Origin: Macrostomum lignano
Taxonomy: Eukaryota
Assembly: GCA_002269645.1 (NCBI GenBank)
Contig: NIVC01002695.1
Location: forward strand, 62,001-126,000
Direction: 5' to 3'
DNA length: 64,000 bases
Each line of letters opens with the position of its first letter. Within the stretch, counting starts at the first letter, position 1. Shown piece by piece: positions 1 to 13,020 of this stretch. The notes below the pieces were generated by a model that was given only the letters and a program-made list of their open reading frames with translations, ran no database searches and was not told the origin of the DNA. A program made the position numbers and the translations under genes.

Positions 1-245
1 ATGTTGGCTCTTTTATGTTTGACATGGTGGCTCTTTAATGTTCGAAAAAGTGGCTCCTGAATGTTTGACAAAGTGGCTCTTTGATGTTCGAAATAGTGGC
101 TCTTTTATGGTCGACATGGTGGCTCTTTAATGTTCGAAATGGTCGCTTTTTAATGTTCGAAATAGTGGCTCTTTAATGTTCGAAATAGTCGCTTTTTAAT
201 GTTTGAAATAGTGGCTCTTTTATGTTCGACATGGTGGCTCTTCAA
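1..245. repeat. Tail of 23-nt satellite (ATGTTTGACATGGTGGCTCTTTA family, GAAATAG variants)
   Basis: About 10 degenerate 23-nt monomers, the same family as the arrays inside the family-A elements. Confidence 0.9.
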
Positions 246-864
246 TTAATAGTATTCAATTACGATAAATGTGGTAATTGCGAGCGAAGTTAAAACGGTG
301 CCTAGGCGTTCAGGTTGAGTTGGAAGAAGTATAGGCGACGTTTTTTTAATCTTAGACCGGTTTTAGAAATTAAATTAATTCTTAATTGTAATTTGACTAT
401 CATTTATCTAGATTATTTTTACATTTAGTCTGCTTAACATTTATTTTACTAAGGAGGTTAAAATGGCAGTTTAAGTCATTTTAAGTCACTCGAACGCACC
501 CATACTGGCATCACTGGCAGCAGTGTACTAAAACAAATATTTTTCTAATGTTCATATTTAATAAAAGTCAGGTGTCAGTTTAACTAAAAATATATATATA
601 ATTATTATTAAAATTTTAGATTTTACTAGCAATCTAGTGCGGCCCCCCTTCGGGGCGCCCAATAAGAAAGGAGCAAAAATAGTTCATGGAAAACAATAAA
701 AAAACACATTTTCTTAAACACTAATTCCTTCTTCACATTTTAAAAATCACCTTATTCGTGTAAAATTGTCACGGACTAAGATGTTTGCAAAATTAAAAAA
801 TCACTTTTTCTCTAAAATTAACAAACAGTCAACAAATATCGTTTCACTAAATAGAAAATATTCC

Positions 865-1320
865 CAAGACAGCAAGCAACCCCTCCAAAAGTGAACAATC
901 GCAGATAGCAAGCATCCTCTAATGCTCATAGCAAGAATCACCACAGATAGCAAGCATCTGCAGATTAGCAAGCACCCCCAGATATTATAGAAGCATCCAC
1001 CCAGATAGCAAGCATCCACTCAGATAGCAAGCATTCTGCAGATATCAAGCACCCCCAGATATTATAGAAGCATCCTGCAGATAGCAAGCATCCTGCAGAT
1101 AGCAAGCACCCCCAGATATTATAGAAGCATCCACCCAGATAGCAAGCATCCTGCAGATAGCAAGAATCCCTAAATAGCAAGCATCCTGCAGATAGCAAGA
1201 ATCCCTGAATAGCAAGCATCCCTGGATAGAAAGAATCCCATGCATGTAGCCAGTACCCCCTCTCCCAAATAGCAAGTATCCCCCTCGAGAGCAAGCATCC
1301 ACGAGACAGCAAGTAGCTAG
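865..1320. repeat. 18-19 nt minisatellite (GATAGCAAGCATCCCCCA type) in the 3' part of A1; related arrays at ~2785-3030, ~7050-7470, ~9300-9470
   Basis: Direct tandem units are visible and are the source of the spurious GCLLS/DACYL ORFs. Confidence 0.9.
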
Positions 1321-1436
1321 TGCAAATGTTACTTCCGCTAATGCAATAATCGCTTTCTCAGGTTGTGCAACAATCCACGTCTCAGCGAGCGCAATAATCT
1401 CTTTTTTAGACAGCGCAGTAATCAGCTTCTCAGCTA

Positions 1437-1680
1437 GTGCAATAATCCTTGGTTTATTAATAGCAATAATCCTTGATTAATCAAGTGCAATAATCCTTGG
1501 TTTATCAAGTGCAATAATCCTTGGTTTATCAAGTGCAGTAATCTTTGGCTTATCAAGTGCAATAATCCTTGGTTTATCAAGTGCAATAATCCTTTGTTTA
1601 TCAAGTGCAATAATCCTTGGTTTATCAAGTGCAATAATCCTTGGTTTATTAAGTGCATATCCTTTATTAATCCTTGGTTT
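1437..1680. repeat. 24-nt minisatellite (GTGCAATAATCCTTGGTTTATCAA), ~10 copies
   Basis: Direct tandem units; source of the LINQGLLH ORF. Confidence 0.9.
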
Positions 1681-2104
1681 GACATGGTGGCTCTTTATTG
1701 TTTGACATGGTGGCTCTTTAATGGTTAACCTGGTGGCTCTTTTATGTTTGACACGGCGGCTCTCTAATGTTTGACAAAGTGGCTATTTAATGTTCGAAAT
1801 GGTGGCTCTTTAAAGTTTGAAATAAAGTCACATATATGTTTGACATGGTGGCTCTTAAATGTTTGACATGGTGGCTCTTAAATGTTTTGACATGTTGGCT
1901 CTTAAATGTTTTGACATGGTGGCTCTTAAATGTTTGACGTGGAGTCACATATATGTTTGACATAGTGCTTATTTTATGTTTGGCATGGTGGCTCTTTTAT
2001 GTTTGACATGATGGCTCTTCTATGTTTGACATTGCGCTTCTATTATGTTTAGCAGTTTTGTGTTTTTAAGGTGTTTTGATAAAAAAAATCTTTTTCTTTT
2101 TACA

Positions 2105-2170
2105 CTACTAAGATTCGAACCCAGGTCGCTACATTAGCATTCCAGTCTGTTCGCATCTGGGCTATCTTTT
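2105..2170 (-). promoter_or_regulatory. tRNA/SINE-like Pol III module in family A (other copies ~6378-6440, ~10840-10902, ~11380-11442)
   Basis: Minus strand has A-box-like TAGCCCAGATG (2164-2154), B box GGTTCGAATC (2121-2112) inside a 5-bp T-arm (CTGGG/CTTAG), and a downstream T7-8 run. Confidence 0.5.
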
Positions 2171-2647
2171 TCAATTGGAGAACACGAATTGTGGCCCTTA
2201 TAATTTAATTCTTACAGCAAGTCAATTGGAGTAAAAAGTTATGACATAATCAATTTCTCAGTCAGCCAGTATCAGTCTCAGTTCAAGTTAGCAGTATTGG
2301 TTACGCAATTTAAATCAAGTCGTGTGTGCATTTCTTCGGCACTGTTTTCAACTTGTTGTGATGCAATCTTTATCACAATCGGAATTCAGCCAGTCAGTTT
2401 TTTCTCTAGCATTCTTACAATGCATTTCAAGTCGAAAATTTTGCTTGACCTTTGCAAAAAAGCATGTTTTTCGAATATTTAATCCCTTTAAAATTGAGCA
2501 ATTTCTTAGCCAAGATGCATGTACCGTCCCAGGAAAATTTCTGATCGAATGGTGCAAGTTTGAAGAAAATCGGTTGAGCCATTTTTTCTGAAATCTATCG
2601 CATACCTACCCACATACATACAGACAACTCATTTTTAGTATATAGGA

Positions 2648-5600
2648 CTAGCAATCTTCGCCCCCCGTTGGGGGACATCTGGATAGAATCTCTGTTCTCT
2701 ACAAGTAACAAAAAGACAGCCAAATAAAGCCTTCACAAAGACGACAGACAAACTGCTCAAAAAAGTGTAATGCAAAAAGAAATCATCCCCCAGATAGCAA
2801 GCATCCCCCAGATTGCAAGCATCCCCCAGATAGCAAGCATCCCCCAGATTGCAAGCATCCCCCAGATAGCAAGCACCCCCCAGATTGCAAGCATCCCCCA
2901 GATAGCAAGCACCCCCAGATTGCAAGCATCCCCCAGATAGCAAGCATCCCCCAGATTGCAAGCATCCCCCTCCCGGATAGCAAGCATCCCCCGGATAGCA
3001 AGCATCCCCAAATAGTAAGCATCCACCATACAATAAGTAGCTAGTGCTACAATTTCCTTAGCTATAGTGGCTCCTTTAAAATTAGCATGACGCTTACTTT
3101 TACGTTTGAAATTGTGTAAATTTTATGTTTGACATGGTGGCTCTTTAATGTTTGACATGGTGGCTCTTTTATGTTCTACATGGTGGCTCTCTTATGTTTG
3201 ATTCGGGTTTTTTTAATGTTTGAAATAGTGGCTCTTTTATGTTTGACATGGTGGTTCTTTTATGTTTGACATGGTGGCTGTTTTATGTTTGACATGGTGG
3301 CTCTTTAATGTTAGACATAGTGGCTCTTTAATGTTTGACATGGTGGCTCTATAATGTTAGACATGATGGCTTTTTAATGTTCGACATCGTGGCTCTTTAA
3401 TGTTCGACATGGTGGCTCTTTAATGTTCGACATGGTGGCTCTTTTATGTTTGACATGGTGGCTCTTTTATGTTTGACATGATGGCTCTTTTATGTTTGAC
3501 ATGGAGTCACGTATATGTTTGACATGGTGGCTCTTTAATGTTTGACATGGTGGCTCTTTAATGTTTTACGTGGTGGCTCTTTAATGTTCTTCATGGTAGC
3601 TCTTTTATGTTTGACATGGAGTCACGAATATACTTGACATGGTGACTCGTTATTGTTCGACATGGTGGCTCTTTAATGTTAGACATGGTGGCTCTTTAAT
3701 GTTAGACATGGTGGCTCTTTAATGTTTGTCATGATGGCTCTTTAATGTTTGACATGGTGGCTCTTTTATGCTTGACATGGTGGCTCTTTACTGTTTGACA
3801 TGGAGTCACATATATGTTTGACATGGTGGCTCTTTAATGTTCGACATGGTGTCTCTTTAATGTTTGACATGGTGGCTGTTTTATGTTTGACATGGTGGCT
3901 CTTTAATGTTAGACATGGTGGCTCTTTTATGCTTGACATGGTGGCTCTTTACTGTTTGACATGGAGTCACATATATGTTTGACATGGTGGCTCTTTAATG
4001 TTCGACATGGTGTCTCTTTAATGTTTGACATGGTGGCTCTTTTATGTTCGACATGGTGGCTCTTTTATGTTTGACATGATGGCTCTTTTATGTTTGACAT
4101 GGAGTCACGTATATATTTGACATGGTGGCTCTTTTATGTTCGACATGGTGGCTCTTTAATGTTTTACGTGGTGGCTTTTTAATGTTCTTCATGGTAGCTT
4201 TTTTATGTTTGACATGGAGTCACGAATATACTTGACATGGTGACTCGTTATTGTTCGATATGGTGGCTCTATAATGTTAGACATGGTGGCTCTTAAATGT
4301 TCGACATGGTGGCTCTTTAATGTTCGACATGGAGGCTCTTTAATGTTAGACATGATAGCTCTTTAATGTTTGACATTGCGGCTCTTTAATGTTTGACATG
4401 GTGGCTCTTTTATGTTCGACATGGTGGCTCTTTTATGCTTGACATGGTGGCTCTTTAATGTTTGACATGGTGGCTCTTTGATGTTTGACATGGTGGCTTT
4501 TTTATGTTTTACATGGTGGCTCTTTAATGTTGGACATGGTGGCTCTTTAATGTTCGACATGGTGGCTCTTTAATGTTAGACATGGTGGCTCTTTAATGTT
4601 AGACATGGTGGCTCTTTAATGTTCGACATGGTGGCTCTTTAATGTTAGACATAGTGGCTCTTTAATGTTAGACATGGTGGCTCTTTAATGTTAGACATGA
4701 TGGCTCTTTAATGTTTTACATTGCGGCTCTTTAATGTTTGACATGGTGGCTCTTTTATGTTCGACATGGTGGCTCTTTTATGTTTGACATGATGGCTCTT
4801 TTATGTTTGACATGGAGTCACGTATATGTTTGACATGGTGGCTCTTTTATGTTCGACATGGTGGCTCTTTAATGTTTTACGTGGTGGCTTTTTAATGTTC
4901 TTCATGGTAGCTCTTTTATGTTTGACATGGAGTCACGAATATACTTGACATGGTGACTCGTTATTGTTCGATATGGTGGCTCTATAATGTTAGACATGGT
5001 GGCTCTTAAATGTTCGACATGGTGGCTCTTTAATGTTCGACATGGTGGCTCTTTAATGTTAGACATGATGGCTCTTTAATGTTTGACATTGCGGCTCTTT
5101 AATGTTTGACATGGTGGCTCTTTTATGTTCGACATGGTGGCTCTTTTATGCTTGACATGGTGGCTCTTTAATGTTTGACATGGTGGCTCTTTGATGTTTG
5201 ACATGGTGGCTTTTTTATGTTTTACATGGTGGCTCTTTAATGTTGGACATGGTGGCTCTTTAATGTTCGACATGGTGGCTCTTTAATGTTAGACATGGTG
5301 GCTCTTTAATGTTCGACATGGTGGCTCTTTAATGTTAGACATAGTGGCTCTTTAATGTTAGACATGGTGGCTCTTTAATGTTAGACATGATGGCTCTTTA
5401 ATGTTTTACATTGCGGCTCTTTAATGTTTGACATGGTGGCTCTTTTATGTTCGACATGGTGGCTCTTTTATGTTTGACATGATGGCTCTTTTATGTTTAA
5501 CATGGAGTCACGTATATGTTTGACATGGTGGCTCTTTTATGTTCGACATGGTGGCTCTTTAATGTTTTACGTGGTGGCTTTTTAATGTTCTTCATGGTAG

Positions 5601-6924
5601 CTCTTTTATGTTTGACATGGAGTCACGAATATACTTGACATGGTGACTCGTTATTGTTCGATATGGTGGCTCTATAATGTTAGACATGGTGGCTCTTAAA
5701 TGTTCGACATGGTGGCTCTTTAATGTTCGACATGGTGGCTCTTTAATGTTAGACATGATGGCTCTTTAATGTTTGACATTGCGGCTCTTTAATGTTTGAC
5801 ATGGTGGCTCTTTTATGTTCGACATGGTGGCTCTTTTATGCTTGACATGGTGGCTCTTTAATGTTTGACATGGTGGCTCTTTGATGTTTGACATGGTGGC
5901 TTTTTTATGTTTTACATGGTGGCTCTTTAATGTTGGACATGGTGGCTCTTTAATGTTCGACATGGTGGCTCTTTAATGTTAGACATGGTGGCTCTTTAAT
6001 GTTAGACATGGTGGCTCTTTAATGTTCGACATGGTGGCTCTTTAATGTTAGACATAGTGGCTCTTTAATGTTAGACATGGTGGCTCTTTAATGTTAGACA
6101 TGATGGCTCTTTAATGTTTTACATTGCGGCTCTTTAATGTTTGACATGGTGGCTCTTTTATGTTCGACATGGTGGCTCTTTACTGTTTGACATGGAGTCA
6201 CATATATGTTTGACATGGTGGCTCTTTAATGTTAGACATAGTGGCTCTTTAATGTTAGACATGGTGGCTCTTTAATGTTAGACATGATGGCTCTTTAATG
6301 TTTGACATTGCGCTTCTTTAATGTTTAGCAGTTTTGTTGTGTTTTTAAGGTGTTTTAATAAAAAAAATCTTTTTGCACTACTAAGATTTGAACCCAGGTC
6401 GCCACATTAGCATTCCAGTCTGTTCGCATCAGGGCTATTTCTTTTCAATTGGAGAACATGAATTGTGGCCCTTATAATTCAATTCTTACAGCAAGTCAAT
6501 TGGAGTAAAAAGTTATGACATAATCAATTTCTCAGTCAGCCAGTATCAGTCTCACTTCAAGTTAGCAATATGGTTACGCAATTTAAATCATGTCGTATGT
6601 GCATTTCCTCGGCACTGTTTTCAACTTGTTGTGATGCAATCTTTATCACAATCGGAATTCAGTCAGTCAGTTTTTTCTATAGCATTCTTACAATGCATTT
6701 CAAGTCGAAAATTTTGCTTGACCTTTGCAAAAAAGCATGTTTTTCGAATATTTAATCCCTTTAGCATTTAGCAATTTCTTAGCCAAGATGCATGTACCGT
6801 CCCAGGAAAATTTCTGAATGAATGGTGCAAGTTTGAAGAAAATCGGTTGAGCCAATTTTTCTGAAATCTATCGCATACCTACCTACCTACCTACCCACAG
6901 ACAACTCATTTTTAGTATATAGGA
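2648..6924 (-). mobile_element. Helitron-like element, family A, copy A2
   Basis: TC start at 6924-6923 and hairpin CCCCC-CGTT-GGGGG plus CTAG end at 2651-2648. Flush CTAG|TC junctions with the neighbours on both sides. Confidence 0.8.
3121..6325. repeat. 23-nt satellite array (~140 monomers) with higher-order repeats of 713 and 690 bp
   Basis: Identical 65-aa spurious ORFs recur at 4363, 5076 and 5766; the offsets are 31x23 and 30x23. Confidence 0.95.
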
Positions 6925-9900
6925 CTAGCAATCTTCGCCCCCCGATGGGGGACATCTGGATAGAATCCTTGTTCTTTACAAATAACAAATAGACAGCGAA
7001 ACAAAGCCTTCATAAGAAACAACAGACATTCCCTCTAAAAACAAAACATCCAAGACAGCAAGCATCCTCAGACAGCATTCAAGCATCGATCCCCAAATAG
7101 CGAAATCCTCCAGACTGCAAGCATCCCCCAGATAGCAAGCATCCCCTCGATAGCAAGCATCCCCCAGATAGCAAGTATCCCCCAGACCCCAGATAGTAAG
7201 CATCCCCCAGACTGCAAGCAACCCCTGATAGCAAGCATCCTCCAGATAGCAAGCATCCCCCAGACCGCAAGCAACCCCAGATAGCAAGCATTAACCTGGA
7301 TACAAAGAGACCTTATAGATATCTAGCAAGCCCTCTTAGATAGCAAGTACCCTCCACCCCCCAAGAGCAAGCATCTCCCAATAGTAAGTTACCCCAGTAG
7401 CAAGCATCCTTCCGATAGCAAGCATCCCCTTGATAGCAAGTATTCATCCTTATAATAGCAAGCATCCACCAGAGAAAGTAGGTAGTGCAACAATTTCCTT
7501 AGATTAATAGTGGCTCCATTTTGTTTGGCATGACACTTCTTTTATGTTTGAAACGGTGTCTCTTTTATGTTTAAAAAGGTGGCTCTTTAATGTTGACATA
7601 GTGGCTATTCTATGTTTACCATGGCGGCCCTTTTACGTTTGAAATGTTGTCTCTGTTATGTTTGACATGGTGGCTCTTCTATGTTTGACATGGTGTCTCT
7701 TCTTTGTTTGACATGGTGGCTTAGTTGTTTGACATGGTGGCTCTTTTATGTTTGACATGCAGTCACATATATGTTTGACATGATGGCGCTTTAATGTTTG
7801 ACATGGAGTCACGTATCTCTTGGAGTCATGGAGTCACATGGTAGCTCTTTTATATTTTACATGGTGGCTCTTTAATGTTCGACATGGTGGCTTTTTAATG
7901 TTCGACATGGTGGCTCCTTAAGGTTTGACATTAAGTCACGTATATGTGGCTGTTTTATGTTTGACATGATGGCTTTTGTATATTTGACATGGTAGCTCTT
8001 TTATGTCTGACCTGGTGGCTCTTTTATGTTTGACATGGTGGCTCTTTAATATTTGACATGAAGTCACGTGTTTGTTTGACATAGTGGCTCTTTTATGTTC
8101 GACATGGTGGCTCTTTAATGTTTGACATGGTGGCTCTTTAATGTTTGACATGGTGGCTCTTTAATGTTTGACATGGTGGCTCTTTAATGTTTGTCGTGGT
8201 GGCTCTTTAATGTTTGACATGGTGGCTCTTTAATGTTTGACATGATGGCTCTTTAATGTTTGACATAGTGGCTCTTTAATGTTTGACATGGTGGCTCTTT
8301 TATGTTTGACATGGTGGCTCTTTTATGTTTGACATGGTGGCTCTTTAATATTTGACATGAAGTCACGTGTTTGTTTGACATAGTGGCTCTTTAATGTTTG
8401 TCATGGTGGCTCTTTAATGTTTGACATGGTGGCTCTTTAATGTTTGACATGATGGCTCTTTAATGTTTGACATGGTGGCTCTTTAATGTTCGACATGGTG
8501 GCTCTTTAATGTTTGTCGTGGTGGCTCTTTAATGTTTGACATGGTGGCTCTTTAATGTTTGACATGATGGCTCTTTAATGTTCGACATGGTGGCTCTTTT
8601 ATGTTTGACATGGTGGCTCTTTTATGTTTGACATGGTGGCTCTTTTATGTTTGACATGGTGGCTCTTTAATGTTTGTCGTGGTGGCTCTTTTATGTTTGA
8701 CATGGTGGCTCTTTAATGTTTGACATGATGGCTCTTTAATGTTTGACATAGTGGCTCTTTAATGTTTGACATGGTGGCTCTTTTATGTTTGACATGGTGG
8801 CTCTTTTATGTTTGACATGGTGGCTCTTTAATATTTGACATGAAGTCACGTGTTTGTTTGACATAGTGGCTCTTTAATGTTTGTCATGGTGGCTCTTTAA
8901 TGTTTGACATGGTGGCTCTTTAATGTTTGACATGATGGCTCTTTAATGTTTGACATGGTGGCTCTTTAATGTTCGACATGGTGGCTCTTTAATGTTTGTC
9001 GTGGTGGCTCTTTAATGTTTGACATGGTGGCTCTTTAATGTTTGACATGATGGCTCTTTAATGTTCGACATGGTGGCTCTTTTATGTTTGACATGGTGGC
9101 TCTTTTATGTTTGACATGGTGGCTCTTTTATGTTTGACATGGTGGCTCTTTTATGTTTGACATGGTGGCTCTTTTATGTTTGACATGGTGGCTCTTTTAT
9201 GTTTGACATGGTGGCTGTTTAATATTCGACATACAAAAAAACCTTCACAAAGAAAACCGACAAACTGCTCAAATGAAGTGCAATGCAAAAAGAAATCATC
9301 CCAAGACAGCAAGCATCACCCAGAGAGAAAGCATCCCCCAGATAGCAAGTACCCCCCAGATAGCAAGCATCCCCCAGATAGCAAGCACCCCCCAGATAGC
9401 AAGCATCCCCCAGATAACAAGCACCCCCCCCAGATAGCAAGTATCCCCAAATAGTAAGCATCCACCAGACAATAAGTAGCTAGTGCGAAAATTTCCTTAG
9501 CTTTATAGTGGCTCCTTTAAAATTGGCATGACTTAAAATTGGCATTGGCTGGCAATACTTTTACGTTTGAAATTGTGTATATTTTATGCTTGACATGGTG
9601 GCTCTCTTATGTTTGACATGGTGGCTCTTTAATGTTTGACATGGTGGCTCTTTAATGTTCGAAATGGTGGCTCTTTAATGTTTGACATGGTGGCTCTCTT
9701 ATGTTCGAAATGGTGGCTCTTTAATGTTTGACATGGTGGCTCTCTTATTTTTGACATGGTGGCTCTTTAATGTTCGAAATGGTGGCTCTTTTATGTTCGA
9801 CATGGTGGCTCTTAAATGTTTGACATGGTGGCTCTTTAATGTTTCACATGGTGGCTCTTTAATGTTTGACATGGTGGCTCTTTAATGTTAGACATGGTGG

Positions 9901-11371
9901 CTCTTTAATGTTCGAAATGGTGGCTCTTTAATGTTTGACATGGTGGCTCTCTTATGTTCGAAATGGTGGCTCTTTAATGTTTGACATGGTGGCTCTCTTA
10001 TTTTTGACATGGTGGCTCTTTAATGTTCGAAATGGTGGCTCTTTAATGTTCGAAATGGTGGTTCTTTTTAATGTTTGACATAAAAACACCTATATGTTTG
10101 ACATAAAGTCACTGATATGTTTGACATAAAGCCACTTTTATCAATACGTTTGACATAGTGGCTCTTTAATGTTTGACAAAGTGGCTCTTTAATATTCTAC
10201 ATGGTGGCTCTTTAATGTTTGACATGGTGGCTCTTTAATATTCTACATGGTGGCTCTTTAATGTTTGACATGGTGGCTCTTTAATGTTCGACATGGTGGC
10301 TCTTTAATTGGCTCATTGTTGCTAATTTAATGTTGCCACTCATTGTTAATAAGAGGCTCATTGTTGCTCTTTTTTGTTCGATATGGTGATTCTTTAATTT
10401 TCTTCATGGTGGCTCTTTAATATTCGAAATGGTGGCTCTTTTATGTTCGAAATGGTGGCTCTTTAATGTTCAACATGGTGGCTCTTTAATGTTTGCCATG
10501 GTGGCTCTTTAATGTTCGAAATATTGGCTCTTTAATATTTTACATGGTGGCTCTTTTATGTTTGGCATGGTGGCTCTTTAATGTTCTTCATGGTGGCTCT
10601 TTTACGTTTGACATTTTGGCACTTTAATGTTCGACGTGGTGGCTCTTTATTGTTCGAAATGGTGACTCTTTTATGTTTTACATGGTGGCTCTTTAATGTT
10701 TGACATAGAGTCACGTATATGTTTTACATGGTGCCCATGTAATGTTTGACATGGTGCCTCTTTTATGTTTGACATTGTGCTTTTTTATGTTTAGCAGTTT
10801 CGTGTTTTCAAGGTGTTTTAATAAAAAAATTAATTTGCACTACTAAGATTCGAACCCAGGTCGTTACGTTGGCAGTCCAGTCTGTTCGCATCTAGGCTAT
10901 CTCTTTTCAATTGGAGTACATGAATTGTGGTCCTTATAATTCAATTCTTACAGCAAGTCAATTAAAGTAAAAAGTTATGACATAATCAATTTCTCAGTCA
11001 GCCAGTATCAGTCTCAGTTCAAGTTAGCAATATTGGTTACGCAATTTAAATCAAGTTGTGTGTGCATTTCTTCGACACTGTTTTCAACTTGTTGTGATGC
11101 AATCTTTATCAGAATTGAAATTCAGTCAGTCAAGTTTTTCTCTAGCATTCTTACAATGCATTTCAGGTCGAAAATTTTGCTTGACCTTTGCAAAAAAGCA
11201 TGTTTTTCGAATATTTAATCCCTTTAGAATTGAGCAATTTCTTAGCCAGGATGCATGTACCGTCCCAGGAAAATTTCTGATCGAATGGTGCAAGTTTGAA
11301 GAAAATCGGTTGAGCCATTTTTTCTGAAATCTATCGCATACCCACAGACAACTCATTTTTAGTATATTGGA
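6925..11371 (-). mobile_element. Helitron-like element, family A, copy A3 (internally chimeric at ~9232)
   Basis: A|TCCAATATACTAAAA start at 11371 and hairpin+CTAG end at 6928-6925. A second A2-like minisatellite module restarts at ~9232. Confidence 0.75.
7510..10790. repeat. 23-nt satellite arrays in A3 (7510-9230 and 9500-10790)
   Basis: Tandem monomers. The marker variant AAGTCACGTG recurs at 8061, 8360 and 8843 (13x23 and 21x23 spacing). Confidence 0.95.
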
Positions 11372-11918
11372 TTTTTGCACTACTAAGATTCGAACCCAGG
11401 TCGCTACATTAGCATTCTAGTCTGTTCGCATCTTGGCTATATCTTTCCAATTGGAGAACGTGAATTGTGGCCCTTATAATTCAATTCTTACAGCAAGTCA
11501 ATTGAAGTAAAAAGTTATGACATAATCAATTTCTCAGTCAGCCAGTATCAGTCTTAATTTGAGTTAGTAATATTGTTACGCAATTTAAATCAAGTCGTGT
11601 GTGCATTTCTTCGACACTGTTTTCAACTTGTTGTGATGCAATCTTTATCACAATCGGAATTCAGCCAGTCAGTTTTTTCTCTAGCATTCTTACAATGAAT
11701 TTTAGGTCGAAAGAGCTGCTTGACCTTTGCAAAAAAGCAGGTTTTTCGAATATTTAATCCCTTTAACATTGAGCAATTTCTTAGCCAAGATGCATGTACC
11801 GTCCCAGGAAAATTTCTGATCAAATGGTGCAGGTTTGAAGAAAATCGGTTGAGCCATTTTTTCTGAAATCTATCGCATACCTACCTACCCACAGACAACT
11901 CATTTTTAGTATATAGGA
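11372..11918 (-). mobile_element. Family A 5' fragment (A4), ~545 bp
   Basis: Homologous but not identical to 10833-11371. TC start at 11918; truncated just after the tRNA-like module. Confidence 0.75.
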
Positions 11919-12429
11919 AGGATAGCCCCCCGCTGGGGAGCCCTAAAATGACACCAATTGGTTTTTATTGTGACACAAGAGTAACCTTACTATAATTATC
12001 CAAAATGTTGATTTCCATTAATCAAAAATTACCTTTTCTCATTTTGGCAAAAATAAATTGCCATGAATCAGAACTTTCATCAGCCAAAAAAGTTTCCTTC
12101 ATCAGCCCAAAACCCTTTCTCAATCAGCAAATAGTGCTGATCCTTTCAAGCACAAACTCTTAGTGCATATCGTCGCTGGCCGGGGCATATTCTTATCCGC
12201 AGCAAATATGCAAATCACTGACGGCCTTAGACCCTCTCTTTTAATTAGCCTAAATCAAAGAATGAAACCTTTAATAAATGCGCTGGTATTTCCTATTAGC
12301 AGAAATCAGCATCACTTGTGTGTACTATTTCAATATCTGAACTACATGAGCTACTTCAGCCGTACTACCTGACTATCTGACAATCGCCCAACAACCTAAC
12401 ACCCCTAACAATTCAGCCATCGTCCATGA

Positions 12430-13020
12430 GCCTTGTCATCTTAGCAATTTCCCCCAGTAAGCCTTGTCATCTTAGCAATTCCCCCCAGTAAGCCTTGTCA
12501 TCTTAGCAATTCCCCCCAGTAAGCCTTGTCATCTTAGCAATTCCCCCCAGTAAGCCTTGTCATCTTAGCAATTCCCCCCAGTAAGCCTTGTCATCTTAGC
12601 AATTCCCCCAGTAAGCCTTGTCATCTTAGCAATTCCCCCAGTAAGCCTTGTCATCTTAGCAATTCCCCCCAGTAAGCCTTGTCATCTTAGCAATTCCCCC
12701 AGTAAGCCTTGTCATCTTAGCAATTCCCCCCAGTAAGCCTTGTCATCTTAGCAATTCCCCCCAGTAAGCCTTGTCATCTTAGCAATTCCCCCCAGTAAGC
12801 CTTGTCATCTTAGCAATTCCCCCCAGTAAGCCTTGTCATCTTAGCAATTCCCCCCAGTAAGCCTTGTCATCTTAGCAATTCCCCCAGTAAGCCTTGTCAT
12901 CTTAGCAATTCCCCCAGTAAGCCTTGTCATCTTAGCAATTCCCCCCAGTAAGCCTTGTCATCTTAGCAATTCCCCCAGTAAGCCTTGTCATCTTAGCAAT
13001 TCCCCCCAGTAAGCCTTGAA
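12430..13020. repeat. 30-31 nt minisatellite (GTAAGCCTTGTCATCTTAGCAATTCCCCCA), ~19 near-identical copies, degenerate continuation to ~15060
   Basis: Units differ mainly in C-run length (C5/C6). Confidence 0.95.

Larger units (their letters stand above)
626..2647 (-). mobile_element. Non-autonomous Helitron-like element, family A, copy A1
   Basis: Minus strand starts TCCTATATACTAAAA (TC at 2647-2646) and ends with a GC hairpin (~639-660) plus CTAG|T (629-626). This fits the established Helitron termini (5'-TC, 3' hairpin+CTRR, no TSD). No transposase ORF. Confidence 0.75.

Noticed and set aside
3121-10790. CRISPR-like array of 23-nt repeats
   Set aside because: Monomers are contiguous with no unique spacers, there are no cas genes, and the context is eukaryotic.
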